A stretch of 64,000 nucleotides of DNA from a virus: positions 14,910-78,909 of IMG/VR virus record IMGVR_UViG_3300001589_007665; one strand, 5' to 3'. The position numbers and the translations under genes were made by a program. This document shows, in pieces, positions 32,567 to 42,011 of the stretch. Position 1 is the first letter of the stretch. Every line of letters begins with the position of its first letter. The notes under the pieces were generated by a model, which was given only the letters and a program-made list of their open reading frames with translations, was not told where the DNA came from and made no database searches.

Positions 32567-33311
32567 AGTACGGATGTATTACTTCTGTGTCTTTTTTTAA
32601 GGTGTCCATATAGTATTTATTATTTTTTTCGGAATATGATTTAATTTCTTTAAACGTCACTATAGGCAGACATAAACCATTTAGATCTCCAGTAGATTTT
32701 CTTAATCCAGCAACTCCTGGTGGTCTTTTGACGGTAGCTAAAAAATTTACATAATTAATTTGTTCTTGTAGTTCTGAAAAATTTTCACGACTATAGCACA
32801 AGTATCCTGTCTTATTTGCTTCTAAATTAGTACCTGTAATTGTATTAAAAATATTATTTTCATCCATATTGCCTGTACTATTAACAAAATTATGTGATTT
32901 CCAAGAAATCTTATTTCTTTTTTTCATGCCATCAATAAATTTTAGAATATCTTCTTTATTTAGGACACAAGCTATAGATATTTCATATGGCTTGATATAT
33001 AATTTATCTATATAGTCGTCATATATTTTAAATATATCGTCTACTGTTTTATCTACTAAATTTAATATTAGGTAGTAACTAATAGCATTTTTACGACGAA
33101 CATAATCTATAAAATCTTTTGATAAATCATCTTTATGTTTATTGAATTGTTTTTTAGAAAAAGCGTAAGAACATTTATAGTTTTTAATAATGGTGTTACT
33201 GTCTGTTTCTTCAACCGTATATTCTTTTGAAATCAAAGAAGGTATATTAAACAAGCAATCACTGTCTTGAAAAAAATAACAAAGAGAACATACAGTATTA
33301 ACTTCGCTCAT
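32559..33311 (-). CDS. Hypothetical protein with Cys-rich N-terminus
   Basis: CSLCYF...C...C; coupled in operon. Confidence 0.45.
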   Translation of the reverse strand: MSEVNTVCSLCYFFQDSDCLFNIPSLISKEYTVEETDSNTIIKNYKCSYAFSKKQFNKHKDDLSKDFIDYVRRKNAISYYLILNLVDKTVDDIFKIYDDYIDKLYIKPYEISIACVLNKEDILKFIDGMKKRNKISWKSHNFVNSTGNMDENNIFNTITGTNLEANKTGYLCYSRENFSELQEQINYVNFLATVKRPPGVAGLRKSTGDLNGLCLPIVTFKEIKSYSEKNNKYYMDTLKKDTEVIHPYYE

Positions 33312-33721
33312 AAAGAAATCCTTTGAATTTTATACAAACTATGTATATCATCACTAGATACGTCTACAATTTTTACATCTGGCTTATTATGAAACATTTC
33401 AAAAATTTCTGGCTGGTTAATAATACAAGTAACTCCATGCATGGACTTACAAACATCATCATCAGATATTTTTTGAAACTTGTAAGAATCAATTATATGA
33501 TTAAAGTTTAACAGTTTTAATGTCAGAGTCCCAGACTGTTTAAGTTTGTTTACAGCAATATTAATAATATTTAAACTATCTGTTTTTGGAAACATATTTA
33601 ATATAGCAAGATACATATTGTTGTTTGAAAAATTGGGTATAGAGTCTAACGAATTGATGTCTATATTTTCAGCAGACTCCAACTGATGGGTGTCTTTATA
33701 ACAAATGTTAGTTAGGCGCAT
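33308..33721 (-). CDS. Degenerate class I methyltransferase-like protein
   Basis: ILNMFP...NKLKQSGTLTL resembles the LKPGG motif; no Gly-rich SAM loop. Confidence 0.4.
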   Translation of the reverse strand: MRLTNICYKDTHQLESAENIDINSLDSIPNFSNNNMYLAILNMFPKTDSLNIINIAVNKLKQSGTLTLKLLNFNHIIDSYKFQKISDDDVCKSMHGVTCIINQPEIFEMFHNKPDVKIVDVSSDDIHSLYKIQRISL

Positions 33722-34568
33722 TATTGGCTCCCTGTAAAATTTTTGTCAAATTATCATTAAAAGTTTCAATATTATATATCTCAGATAAGTCTGATATGTC
33801 TGTTGGGTCTTTACTCATTGCATAATTTACGCATTCAAAAGCATTCTGAAAACTACCAAATTGTAATATATGGTTATTTATAGGAGAGTCCGTCAAATCT
33901 AAACTTGTAATACCAACACCTTTACATAGTGTACAAAGTATTAAATTGATTTTTGATTCTAGGTCTATAACTACTTTATATTTACCTATTTGATTTATCG
34001 TGTTTTCTATATCTCCACTTGTACTATTGATCATATCAGAATCTTTATCTGTTTTTTTAATTTCTTCAAATAGCTGATTTAATACATCATTATTGCTGTG
34101 GTTAATAATTAATATATTTTTTTCTTTTTTAACATTTGTTGCATAGGGGATACCATATTCTATATTGTAGCTTTTTTTAAGTACACTGTCAGAATTTCTA
34201 TTAAAATTAATAATAGTAATATAATCATGTTTTAAATTATTATTTAATATATGTAAATCTTCTCTTTTTATCTTAGTAAGATCTTCATGATTAAAAATGA
34301 TAATATGTATATTTGAATTTTTTAATTCTAGCAGGGCAGAAGATTCTATCATAAGAGTGTTAAATAGCATATAGTCATAATTAAAATCGTATACCTTATT
34401 TTGTTCAGCAAGTGTTTGTTTATAGAGAACTACGATTTCAGGATGTTCAAAAAGTATAGCGTCAAAAATTGTATTGTTGGAGTTAGATAAACAGATATTT
34501 TTAAAACTATTTACCTTAGTTCTTAATCTGTGAAAAACATTAGATATGGGCCATTCATTGTTTAACAT
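33708..34568 (-). CDS. Hypothetical, degenerate GT-B-like protein
   Basis: YNIEYGIP, INQIGKYKVVIDL, GVGITS, YNIETF echo the GT4 layout without the ExFG motif. Confidence 0.35.
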   Translation of the reverse strand: MLNNEWPISNVFHRLRTKVNSFKNICLSNSNNTIFDAILFEHPEIVVLYKQTLAEQNKVYDFNYDYMLFNTLMIESSALLELKNSNIHIIIFNHEDLTKIKREDLHILNNNLKHDYITIINFNRNSDSVLKKSYNIEYGIPYATNVKKEKNILIINHSNNDVLNQLFEEIKKTDKDSDMINSTSGDIENTINQIGKYKVVIDLESKINLILCTLCKGVGITSLDLTDSPINNHILQFGSFQNAFECVNYAMSKDPTDISDLSEIYNIETFNDNLTKILQGANNAPN

Positions 34569-35488
34569 AATAAGTCTTTAATATTTATCTCGTTGTTTTT
34601 TGATTGTTTTGCGTCTTTTGTTTGAAATGATGCTTGCAAAGATTTATTGATAATAGTATAAGTTGTATTATTGTGGTTATTATTAATATCTAAGTCTAGG
34701 TCACTATAATCAATACAACGATTGCCGTATGATCTAGACAGAGAATATTGTAATACGGGGAAATAGTCTTGGTTTAAAGCCAAAAAGACATCTCCGGCAT
34801 TATGAAGAGAATGTAATACTTCTTCGTCTTTATCGAACATAAAAAATACCCTATCTGTATAGATATTGACATTATAGTACTTCTTAGCATTCCGATAAAA
34901 GTCAATAATTTCTGTTGCATTTGTTCTGTCATCAAATCGACAATAAATAACCAAAGAATTGTTTTGTGGTATTTGTAGAAAATTAGAAATTATTAGCTTT
35001 AATACTTGCATATCCTGATCTTCTGCTATTGCATAAAATTTTGTAGTATCTTCGTATACAGGTAAAGACAAAGTATCTGTTTTTGTTTCTTGTTCAAAAG
35101 GTTTCAAGTGTATCAATCTATCTTTTTTAATACCGATACCAACAAAAGCATTGTAGTCAGAATTATTTGTTGTTAAAATTTTATCTACAAGTTCTAATTT
35201 GTTTTTAAATTCTAATGGTATGCTTTGCGTCGGAGACATTATTGGGACGAAGTAAGTTTTACTATTAATGTCTGGATGTAAATCAATTATGGTACAGTGT
35301 TGAATATTTATATCGGGATATTTTGTACAGCTTAGAACATTTTCATATGAAATATTTTGAGAGCCTCCATATATTGGATAGACATAATTATTATTGCTCG
35401 TAACTTGGGATATCTCTTTGAAGAAAGAGACAGAAGCTTTACCGAGAAAAGAGTGTTGTAGTAATGGTCCTATATAAAGTATATTCAT
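34562..35488 (-). CDS. Degenerate GT4-like glycosyltransferase
   Basis: MNILYIGP...GKAS, INIQH, LHSLHNAGDVFLAL; lacks EGFG..EA. Confidence 0.5.
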   Translation of the reverse strand: MNILYIGPLLQHSFLGKASVSFFKEISQVTSNNNYVYPIYGGSQNISYENVLSCTKYPDINIQHCTIIDLHPDINSKTYFVPIMSPTQSIPLEFKNKLELVDKILTTNNSDYNAFVGIGIKKDRLIHLKPFEQETKTDTLSLPVYEDTTKFYAIAEDQDMQVLKLIISNFLQIPQNNSLVIYCRFDDRTNATEIIDFYRNAKKYYNVNIYTDRVFFMFDKDEEVLHSLHNAGDVFLALNQDYFPVLQYSLSRSYGNRCIDYSDLDLDINNNHNNTTYTIINKSLQASFQTKDAKQSKNNEINIKDLLC

Positions 35489-37140
35489 TGTTGTGTTTTT
35501 AATCTAGCATATTGAATAAAATCGTCGTCAAACTGTATATTATTGTCTATAGCAAATTTTAATTCATTATTGTTTTTTACATAAGTGTTGATTTGGTCTA
35601 TAATAGTATTAATGTCTATGGCTTTAGTCTGTAAACCATTCATCTGAAAGCCGTTGTCTATATCATTTAAAAAGTGTAACATTCTGCTAGAAGAAATTTT
35701 TTCTATATCTCCCAACCCTTTATGACACATTAAAATCATTTGATCTATATTTTCGGATATATCAATATCTCCAACACGGTCTACTTTTTGTAGTTCTGGC
35801 ACTTTAGACCAATCAGACTTATAATTCTGTTGAGACAAACTGTCTAAATATGTTTCCCATTTTTTAGCTATAATATCCCAGTCATAAAATTTTTCTGTTA
35901 ATTCTCTTATCTGTTTTCTTTTTTTATCTACCATAGACTGAGGCAGATTTAATGTCTTATTGATCGTACTAATTAAATCATCATTATCTGGATAGACTCG
36001 TACGGCTCTTGTTTCTAATTCTTTAAATGGAGACTGAACTTTTATAGGATATGCTTTAAGCTTTTTTATAACATCACACATAGCACTATAGTTTACTGTC
36101 GCTACCGGAACACCGCATGCTGCTGCTTCTACTTGTGGCATGCCGAAACCTTCGCAGATAGCATATTGCACATAAAGATTAAATGTGTTATAAATAGTAG
36201 ATAGTTGTTCTGTACTTATTCCAGAACTAACACTAGGAAATACTTTCGATCTTTTTAGACATTTTGTACACAATATATTAGGACCAGAAAATACCTGAGA
36301 AGAAACATGATCACAATTTTTGCAAACATAAGTAAATAGTACTTTATTGGCAAGCCGATTTTCTTTTAATACTTCTGGTAAATCCCATCCTGCATCGGGC
36401 CAACTAGTATGTAAATAAAGATATAAATTTTTACCTATAGAGGCATTACTTTTTTCGCATTGATCTAAAAGTTTTCTAAATGCACCACATAATCTAGGTA
36501 TAAGTTTTCTTTTTTGGTTTCTCATTACAGAACCAATAATAATACTGTCTTTATCTATGCCTAAAGACTGTTTGCATTCTTGCATATTTTTAATTCTAAA
36601 AGTCTTTAAGTCTACTCCAGGGGATGCTGTGTCTATATAATTAACATTATCACTAGACTGTTCTTTTAAAACATTGGCTCCCCAATCAGAATAAGTAAAA
36701 ACTGCGTCAGCAGATAGATATGTATCCATCCACATCTGCTGTTGTGGGGCAGAGTCTATCGTGGGCATAAGTATCCAATGAAAATATGGCCTACAGGGAG
36801 AAAGCTCTTGATAAGCACTCATCCAATAGTCTCTTATGTCTATAACAACATCTGGCTTAAAATCTACAACAACTTTGTCAAATCTCCATCGACCAAAAGC
36901 ATTGTCTGGTCGAGACGAATACTCTTTATGTCTTGAGTCTTGATCATTAACAGAATTAGCATATAGTTTCCATGGGATATCTTTATCTCTAGGGTCATTA
37001 ACAGTTGCATAACTAGCAAATTCTGCTATTTCATATTTTTGTGTAGCATATAACCTATTTAAAATTTCTCTGGTATAGGTGCCATATCCTGAATTTAGGA
37101 AACTGGCTTCTGAACACATTAGTATTTTAAGTTTGCTCAT
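35485..37140 (-). CDS. GT4 family glycosyltransferase with Cys-rich insertion
   Basis: SGYG, PGVDLKTF, RNQKRK, YAICEGFGMPQVEAAACGVPV; CKNC...CTKC insertion. Confidence 0.85.
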   Translation of the reverse strand: MSKLKILMCSEASFLNSGYGTYTREILNRLYATQKYEIAEFASYATVNDPRDKDIPWKLYANSVNDQDSRHKEYSSRPDNAFGRWRFDKVVVDFKPDVVIDIRDYWMSAYQELSPCRPYFHWILMPTIDSAPQQQMWMDTYLSADAVFTYSDWGANVLKEQSSDNVNYIDTASPGVDLKTFRIKNMQECKQSLGIDKDSIIIGSVMRNQKRKLIPRLCGAFRKLLDQCEKSNASIGKNLYLYLHTSWPDAGWDLPEVLKENRLANKVLFTYVCKNCDHVSSQVFSGPNILCTKCLKRSKVFPSVSSGISTEQLSTIYNTFNLYVQYAICEGFGMPQVEAAACGVPVATVNYSAMCDVIKKLKAYPIKVQSPFKELETRAVRVYPDNDDLISTINKTLNLPQSMVDKKRKQIRELTEKFYDWDIIAKKWETYLDSLSQQNYKSDWSKVPELQKVDRVGDIDISENIDQMILMCHKGLGDIEKISSSRMLHFLNDIDNGFQMNGLQTKAIDINTIIDQINTYVKNNNELKFAIDNNIQFDDDFIQYARLKTQQ

Positions 37141-37144
37141 ATAT

Positions 37145-37170
37145 AAAAACAGGGGTCTTTGCAGACCCCC
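37145..37170 (-). terminator. Rho-independent terminator after ssb
   Basis: Minus strand GGGGTCT-GCAA-AGACCCC followed by TGTTTTT. Confidence 0.8.
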
Positions 37171-37187
37171 TTAAAAGATAAAAATAA

Positions 37188-37583
37188 TTAAAAAGCCACA
37201 ACTTCTTCTTTATCGGAAGAACCAGTTTGAGCATTTTGTTCTTTCTTATATCTAGAAAGCTTGGTCAGCTTAGAAAAGTTGTTCACCCTAACCTTAAAGC
37301 TATTGTGCTTAACTCCATCCTTTTCCCATGAATCATTTCGCAAAGATCCTTCAACCATTACTAAATCTCCTTTGTTGAAAGACTCTGCAATAATTTCAGC
37401 ACCGGTATCCCATGCTTCACAGTTAATAAACGAAGTGACCTTGTCTCTTTCGCCATTAGCCTTAGTATATTCCCTAGAAGTAGCAACAGTAAAATTAACA
37501 ACTGTTGTATCTTTACCTCCAGTACTAACTTTTCTATGTTCTGGGTCTCTAGCTAGATTTCCTCTTAAAATTACAAGATTCAT
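37188..37583 (-). CDS. ssb: Single-stranded DNA-binding protein
   Basis: MNLVILRGNLARDPE...FINCEAW...KGDLVMVEGSLR; AAGGAG RBS supports start at 37583. Confidence 0.95.
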   Translation of the reverse strand: MNLVILRGNLARDPEHRKVSTGGKDTTVVNFTVATSREYTKANGERDKVTSFINCEAWDTGAEIIAESFNKGDLVMVEGSLRNDSWEKDGVKHNSFKVRVNNFSKLTKLSRYKKEQNAQTGSSDKEEVVAF

Positions 37584-37627
37584 TATCATCTCCTTAAAAA
37601 GTAAATTATCCAAAACCAACACAATGT

Positions 37628-37655
37628 ATTATAAAACCTAATCGGATATAGTCAA
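37628..37655 (-). promoter_or_regulatory. Sigma70-type promoter for ssb
   Basis: TTGACT-N16-TATAAT on minus strand. Confidence 0.65.
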
Positions 37656-39277
37656 GCCTTAGGAATAAAACATTTTTCTACGATTAGACTATCTTTATTT
37701 TTTGACTTCTTACCAGTAAAAATTAATACATTTCCTTCAAACACATGAGTCCTATATGACGCCCATGTTTCTGGAAAAAGAATAATAGAATCTAATAAAC
37801 CATACTGGTCTTCTCCTGTGACGAAAGCCATTTCTGCACCAGGGTTTTTACCGTTTTTTGTTTTGGTAACATTGACGCCAACAACTTCTGCCGCTAATAT
37901 AATATCATTAGTTTTATATGTTTTTTTAAAATCTTTGCAGTTGGTATTGGTCATTTCTATTTTGTAAGAATCTAATTTTGAGCATGTGATGGCTGCTCCT
38001 AATAGAGAGTTCTCTGAATCTGACAACCATTCTATTTTATCTGTTAGTGAATAAGGAGGATTATCTATAGAGGCTATTAAATTATTAATAATTTCTTTTC
38101 TATTGATGTTAACTCTTTTAGTTAGTAGCTCTGTGAGTATGGTCTTTAAATTATTTTCTTCATTAGCTATTGCTTCTTGACATTTTTCCATTTCTTTTTT
38201 TGTCAAGGTATTGAATACTTCGTACTCAAACAACATTTTAGTCCTAGATATTTTAAAATAATCTAATGCACCGCATGATATTAAGGCTTTAGTTGCGGTA
38301 CTGTTAATCTTACACAAAACTTTATTAAGCATATCGTACCAATTTAATTGTTTTATATTTATCTTGTCTTTTTCTAAGATTTCTAATATCTTTTTATATA
38401 CAGAGTTGCCTAAGCCTTTTATGTCTGTTAGTCCAAAAAATATTTTTCTGTCTTTTATAGAAAACAGTTCATTAAGATTTCTAATATCTGGAGTTTGTAT
38501 ATTGATATCCATCTCGTTGGCATTTCTGACCAATTCTTTAATCTCTTGTTGTGGATCTATTTTGTCTTTAGCGAATTTCAGATATGAAGCAAAGAAGACT
38601 CTTGGAAAATGAGCTTTGGCGTATGCTGAAAGATATGCGTTCATAGCATAACTTACTGCATGGGATTTATTAAAACTATATCTTTGACTTTTTTCAATCC
38701 ATCCAAATATTTCTTCTGCTGTGTCTTTATCTACCTCGTTGACCCTTTTGGCTCCTTGTAAGAAAGACTTCTTAACTTCTGCCATTAAATCAGCCTTTTT
38801 CTTACCGATAGCCTTTCTAAGAACATCGGCTTCTTGAAGATCAAATCCAGACACTACTCTAGATATTTCCATAGCCTGTTCTTGATAAATCATTTCACCA
38901 TAGGTTGTTTCCAATACTCTTTGCAGAATGGGGTGATAATAGTCTACAGATTCTTCTCCGTTTTTCTTATCAATATAGTGATTAGATACTGTTTTACCAT
39001 CTCTCACGGCCTCTAAACATCCAGGTCTTAAAATACTAATTAGGGCTGAAAGCTGTTCTATGTTTCCTGGCTTTAGTCTTTTAGCCATGCTTTGTCCTAG
39101 TCTAGACTCTAACTGAAAACAACCTTTTGTGTTTCCTGAAGAAATCAAGTCCCAGGTTTTAGAACATTCCAAATTAATTTTTTCTAATTTTGGCTCAAAT
39201 TGTATTCTAGGAAATTCTTCATTATTCCCTGTAATCTCAAATTTACAACCACAATCAAAAGTATAATAATCAGACAT
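37652..39277 (-). CDS. dnaE: DNA polymerase III alpha, C-terminal half (fingers, HhH, OB)
   Basis: GCFQLES, RPG, ETTYGEMIYQEQAM, ADVLRKAIGKK, YSFNKSHAVSY, FGLTDIKGLG, MAFVTGED. Confidence 0.92.
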   Translation of the reverse strand: MSDYYTFDCGCKFEITGNNEEFPRIQFEPKLEKINLECSKTWDLISSGNTKGCFQLESRLGQSMAKRLKPGNIEQLSALISILRPGCLEAVRDGKTVSNHYIDKKNGEESVDYYHPILQRVLETTYGEMIYQEQAMEISRVVSGFDLQEADVLRKAIGKKKADLMAEVKKSFLQGAKRVNEVDKDTAEEIFGWIEKSQRYSFNKSHAVSYAMNAYLSAYAKAHFPRVFFASYLKFAKDKIDPQQEIKELVRNANEMDINIQTPDIRNLNELFSIKDRKIFFGLTDIKGLGNSVYKKILEILEKDKINIKQLNWYDMLNKVLCKINSTATKALISCGALDYFKISRTKMLFEYEVFNTLTKKEMEKCQEAIANEENNLKTILTELLTKRVNINRKEIINNLIASIDNPPYSLTDKIEWLSDSENSLLGAAITCSKLDSYKIEMTNTNCKDFKKTYKTNDIILAAEVVGVNVTKTKNGKNPGAEMAFVTGEDQYGLLDSIILFPETWASYRTHVFEGNVLIFTGKKSKNKDSLIVEKCFIPKA

Positions 39278-39962
39278 TATTAAAGGCGTTTCTAAACTTA
39301 ATCTTTGGTGACAAACTTCTAAATAGCTTCATAAATCTAATCAGTATTTCTGCAGTATCTTGTACATCCTTTAACGCATCATGGGCATTTTCTTTAGATA
39401 GTCCCATATAGTCTCTAAGATTATCAAGAGTATAATTTTTTAATTCGTTATTATTCTCAAACCAATAAAAAATAACATTCATGATATCTAAAACATCTCT
39501 AGGATAAAATATGTCAGTTTTGTTTTCCTTGTTGACATTTTTATATTTTTGACTTAACCTATTAATAATTGGTAGGTCAAATCTATTAATGTTGTAACCA
39601 GCAGCAATAGGCGCACTAAAGCAGTTCTTTTTAACAGATCTTGTATGGTACATTTGTAAATAACTTACAAACATTTTCCAAGCCTGTTCTTGCTTTTGAT
39701 GCTTTTTCCAAGACTTGAGAACTTCCCCTTTGGTTGTTCCTTGGACTTTTGCATGAAAATCTAAAACATCAGAATCATCATAAGTATATTTAGGGTTATC
39801 TTGTAGTGCTTCAGGCTTTAAGCAAATATTAAATTCTGAATCTGGCACCACCTCCAATTTAATTGGATCAATAATAACGGCTGCAATCTGGACAGGACTA
39901 CAAACTTCTGGATTGCAACCGTCTGTTTCTAAATCAAAAACACAAATTTTTTGACTGTTAAT
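39270..39962 (-). CDS. DEDDh 3'-5' exonuclease (DnaQ/epsilon-like); probable ATT start
   Basis: ExoI DLETDG, ExoII YNINRFD, ExoIII HDALKD; GGAGGT RBS 5 nt before ATT at 39962. Confidence 0.85.
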   Translation of the reverse strand: MNSQKICVFDLETDGCNPEVCSPVQIAAVIIDPIKLEVVPDSEFNICLKPEALQDNPKYTYDDSDVLDFHAKVQGTTKGEVLKSWKKHQKQEQAWKMFVSYLQMYHTRSVKKNCFSAPIAAGYNINRFDLPIINRLSQKYKNVNKENKTDIFYPRDVLDIMNVIFYWFENNNELKNYTLDNLRDYMGLSKENAHDALKDVQDTAEILIRFMKLFRSLSPKIKFRNAFNNV

Positions 39963-40140
39963 CTGACACCTCCACCTTCTGGTCTGGACGAATAAAATGT
40001 TTGTTGTTAGGATCTGCTGCCACATAGCAGTTGATACTTTTACAACAAGTAACCTTAACTGAATTTACTTTGACATATTCTGTGTTGTTGAGTTTAAAAG
40101 ATTTACCAACAGCAACTTCTTGAAATATTTTTTGCATCAT
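39958..40140 (-). CDS. Small Cys-containing hypothetical protein inside the polymerase cluster
   Basis: 60 aa, TAATG-coupled to dnaE-N; TCCKSINC. Confidence 0.6.
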   Translation of the reverse strand: MMQKIFQEVAVGKSFKLNNTEYVKVNSVKVTCCKSINCYVAADPNNKHFIRPDQKVEVSD

Positions 40141-42011
40141 TATTCTCCGTATGATAGTGTATCTGATATTGACATAACCTTATCTAACATAGCCACACCA
40201 AGGATATCAAACTTGATAATACCCAAAGATTCTAGATCTTGCATTTCCATACCAGCTATAGTGGTTTTGTTTTTTGTATCATAAATCATTGGACACATCG
40301 TATCTAAGTTGTGACTACTAATTACTACACCGGCAGCGTGTTTTGATTGGTTGGATTTGGTACCCTCTAATCTAATAGCCTGTTCGAACCTTTTGGCAAG
40401 GGGGCCTTTTAATTTATTTCCCTGTTTAGATATTGAGCACCATTCTTTAAGTCTATCAGTATTATTTTCTAAAGCCCATCTAATTATAGAAGCTTCCCCA
40501 TAATCGTCTTTCATTTCTTGTAATTCATCTGCAATTTTTGCTTCATCGGGTATGCATTTTGTTATCTGGTTCATTTCATCAAAACTTATGTTGCCATAGA
40601 CACGCAAGACTTCTTTTAGTGCGCCTCTTCCTTTCATGGTATTAAAAGTGATCATTTGAGAAACTTTATTTTCTCCATATCTTCCTCTAATATATGATAT
40701 GATGTCTTCTCTTTTATTAATCGGGACATCTACATCTATATCTGGCATAGAGACCCTACCTTCTGTATTCCTACCAGAGTTATAAAATCTTTCAAAAATT
40801 AGGCCATATTTCATTGGATCAATTGAGGTGATTCCAATAAGATAAGATACCAAACAGCCAGCAGCAGAACCTCTTCCTGGCCCTGGCAACCACCCTTGAG
40901 ACCGCACACGATCGACAATATCGGCAACAATTAAAAAATAGCTAGATAAGTCAGCTCCTTGTAAAACAGACAGCTCTTGCTTGATTCTTTCGGTATATTC
41001 ATGATGTTTTTCTTTAGGTACATTATTGGCTATTTTGTCCCTCCAGCCGTTACGACATAACTGCCTTAAATATTCATCAGGATTTTGTTCGTTAGGACAT
41101 TTAAAAGGAGGAAGTAATGGTCTGTTTAATATATCGTATTCTTCACACATACTATCTATTAGTTGTGTATTTTCTATTTCTTCTTCTGTATGTATTTCTG
41201 CCATTTCTTCAGGAGAAAGAATATAGTATTTGTCAGACTTAAAAAAGCAACTAAAGGGAACATCTTGTCCATCCAACATCTTTTTATTAATATCTGTTAA
41301 TGTCGTTTTTATATTGTTGCACAAGAGGATTCTTTGATCCGTGGCATCTTCTTGCTCAGAATAATGAGCATCAGGAGTGCATATAACTTTTGTTTTTGTT
41401 ATTGCTGCTAAAGCTCTAATTTTTTCGCTTAATTCTTTTTGCTTTGGCATATATTCTTGATCCATTAATTGTGTTTCAAGAAAAAAGTTTTCCTTGCCAA
41501 ATATGTCCTTCATTTGATCTACAAAATTTAAGCAGAGTTTTTGATAATTATCTGGATTGTTTGCGATAAGATCTGGGATATATGAACCCATATGTCCGCA
41601 GAAGCTTATTAAATTTTCCCCCTTTACCACTTCTTGTAATTTATCTATAGAAAGTCTTGGTTTACGATAATAATTATTAGGATTATTGGATTCAGAAACT
41701 ATGCGAATCAAGTTTTTCCAACCTTCAAAGTTCTTAGCCAAAACTAAGAAATGAGTTAGCTTACTATTCTCTGGTGTCTTTATATTAGAATCATCAAAGG
41801 ACAAATATAATTCACATCCTAAAATAGGTTTTATATTATTAGATTTAAGAGTTTGATGCATTTGAACAGCACCAGATATCGAACCGTGATCAGTAATTGC
41901 ACAACTTTTAACTCCAATATTTTTACACCTTCTAGCTATTTGTTTAGGCTTAGATAGGCCGTCCAGCAAAGAATAGTGGCTATGAACATGTAAAGGTATA
42001 TAATTTTTCAT
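40140..42011 (-). CDS. dnaE: DNA polymerase III alpha, N-terminal half (PHP + palm/thumb)
   Basis: HVHSHYSLLDG, AITDHG, GPGRGSAAGCLVSY, FERF, MPDIDVD, HAAGVVI, KFDILG. Confidence 0.95.
   Translation of the reverse strand: MKNYIPLHVHSHYSLLDGLSKPKQIARRCKNIGVKSCAITDHGSISGAVQMHQTLKSNNIKPILGCELYLSFDDSNIKTPENSKLTHFLVLAKNFEGWKNLIRIVSESNNPNNYYRKPRLSIDKLQEVVKGENLISFCGHMGSYIPDLIANNPDNYQKLCLNFVDQMKDIFGKENFFLETQLMDQEYMPKQKELSEKIRALAAITKTKVICTPDAHYSEQEDATDQRILLCNNIKTTLTDINKKMLDGQDVPFSCFFKSDKYYILSPEEMAEIHTEEEIENTQLIDSMCEEYDILNRPLLPPFKCPNEQNPDEYLRQLCRNGWRDKIANNVPKEKHHEYTERIKQELSVLQGADLSSYFLIVADIVDRVRSQGWLPGPGRGSAAGCLVSYLIGITSIDPMKYGLIFERFYNSGRNTEGRVSMPDIDVDVPINKREDIISYIRGRYGENKVSQMITFNTMKGRGALKEVLRVYGNISFDEMNQITKCIPDEAKIADELQEMKDDYGEASIIRWALENNTDRLKEWCSISKQGNKLKGPLAKRFEQAIRLEGTKSNQSKHAAGVVISSHNLDTMCPMIYDTKNKTTIAGMEMQDLESLGIIKFDILGVAMLDKVMSISDTLSYGE

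Noticed and set aside
39200-40250. Split intein or self-splicing intron joining the dnaE halves
   Set aside because: No intein terminal motifs; the intervening DNA is fully occupied by two coupled ORFs
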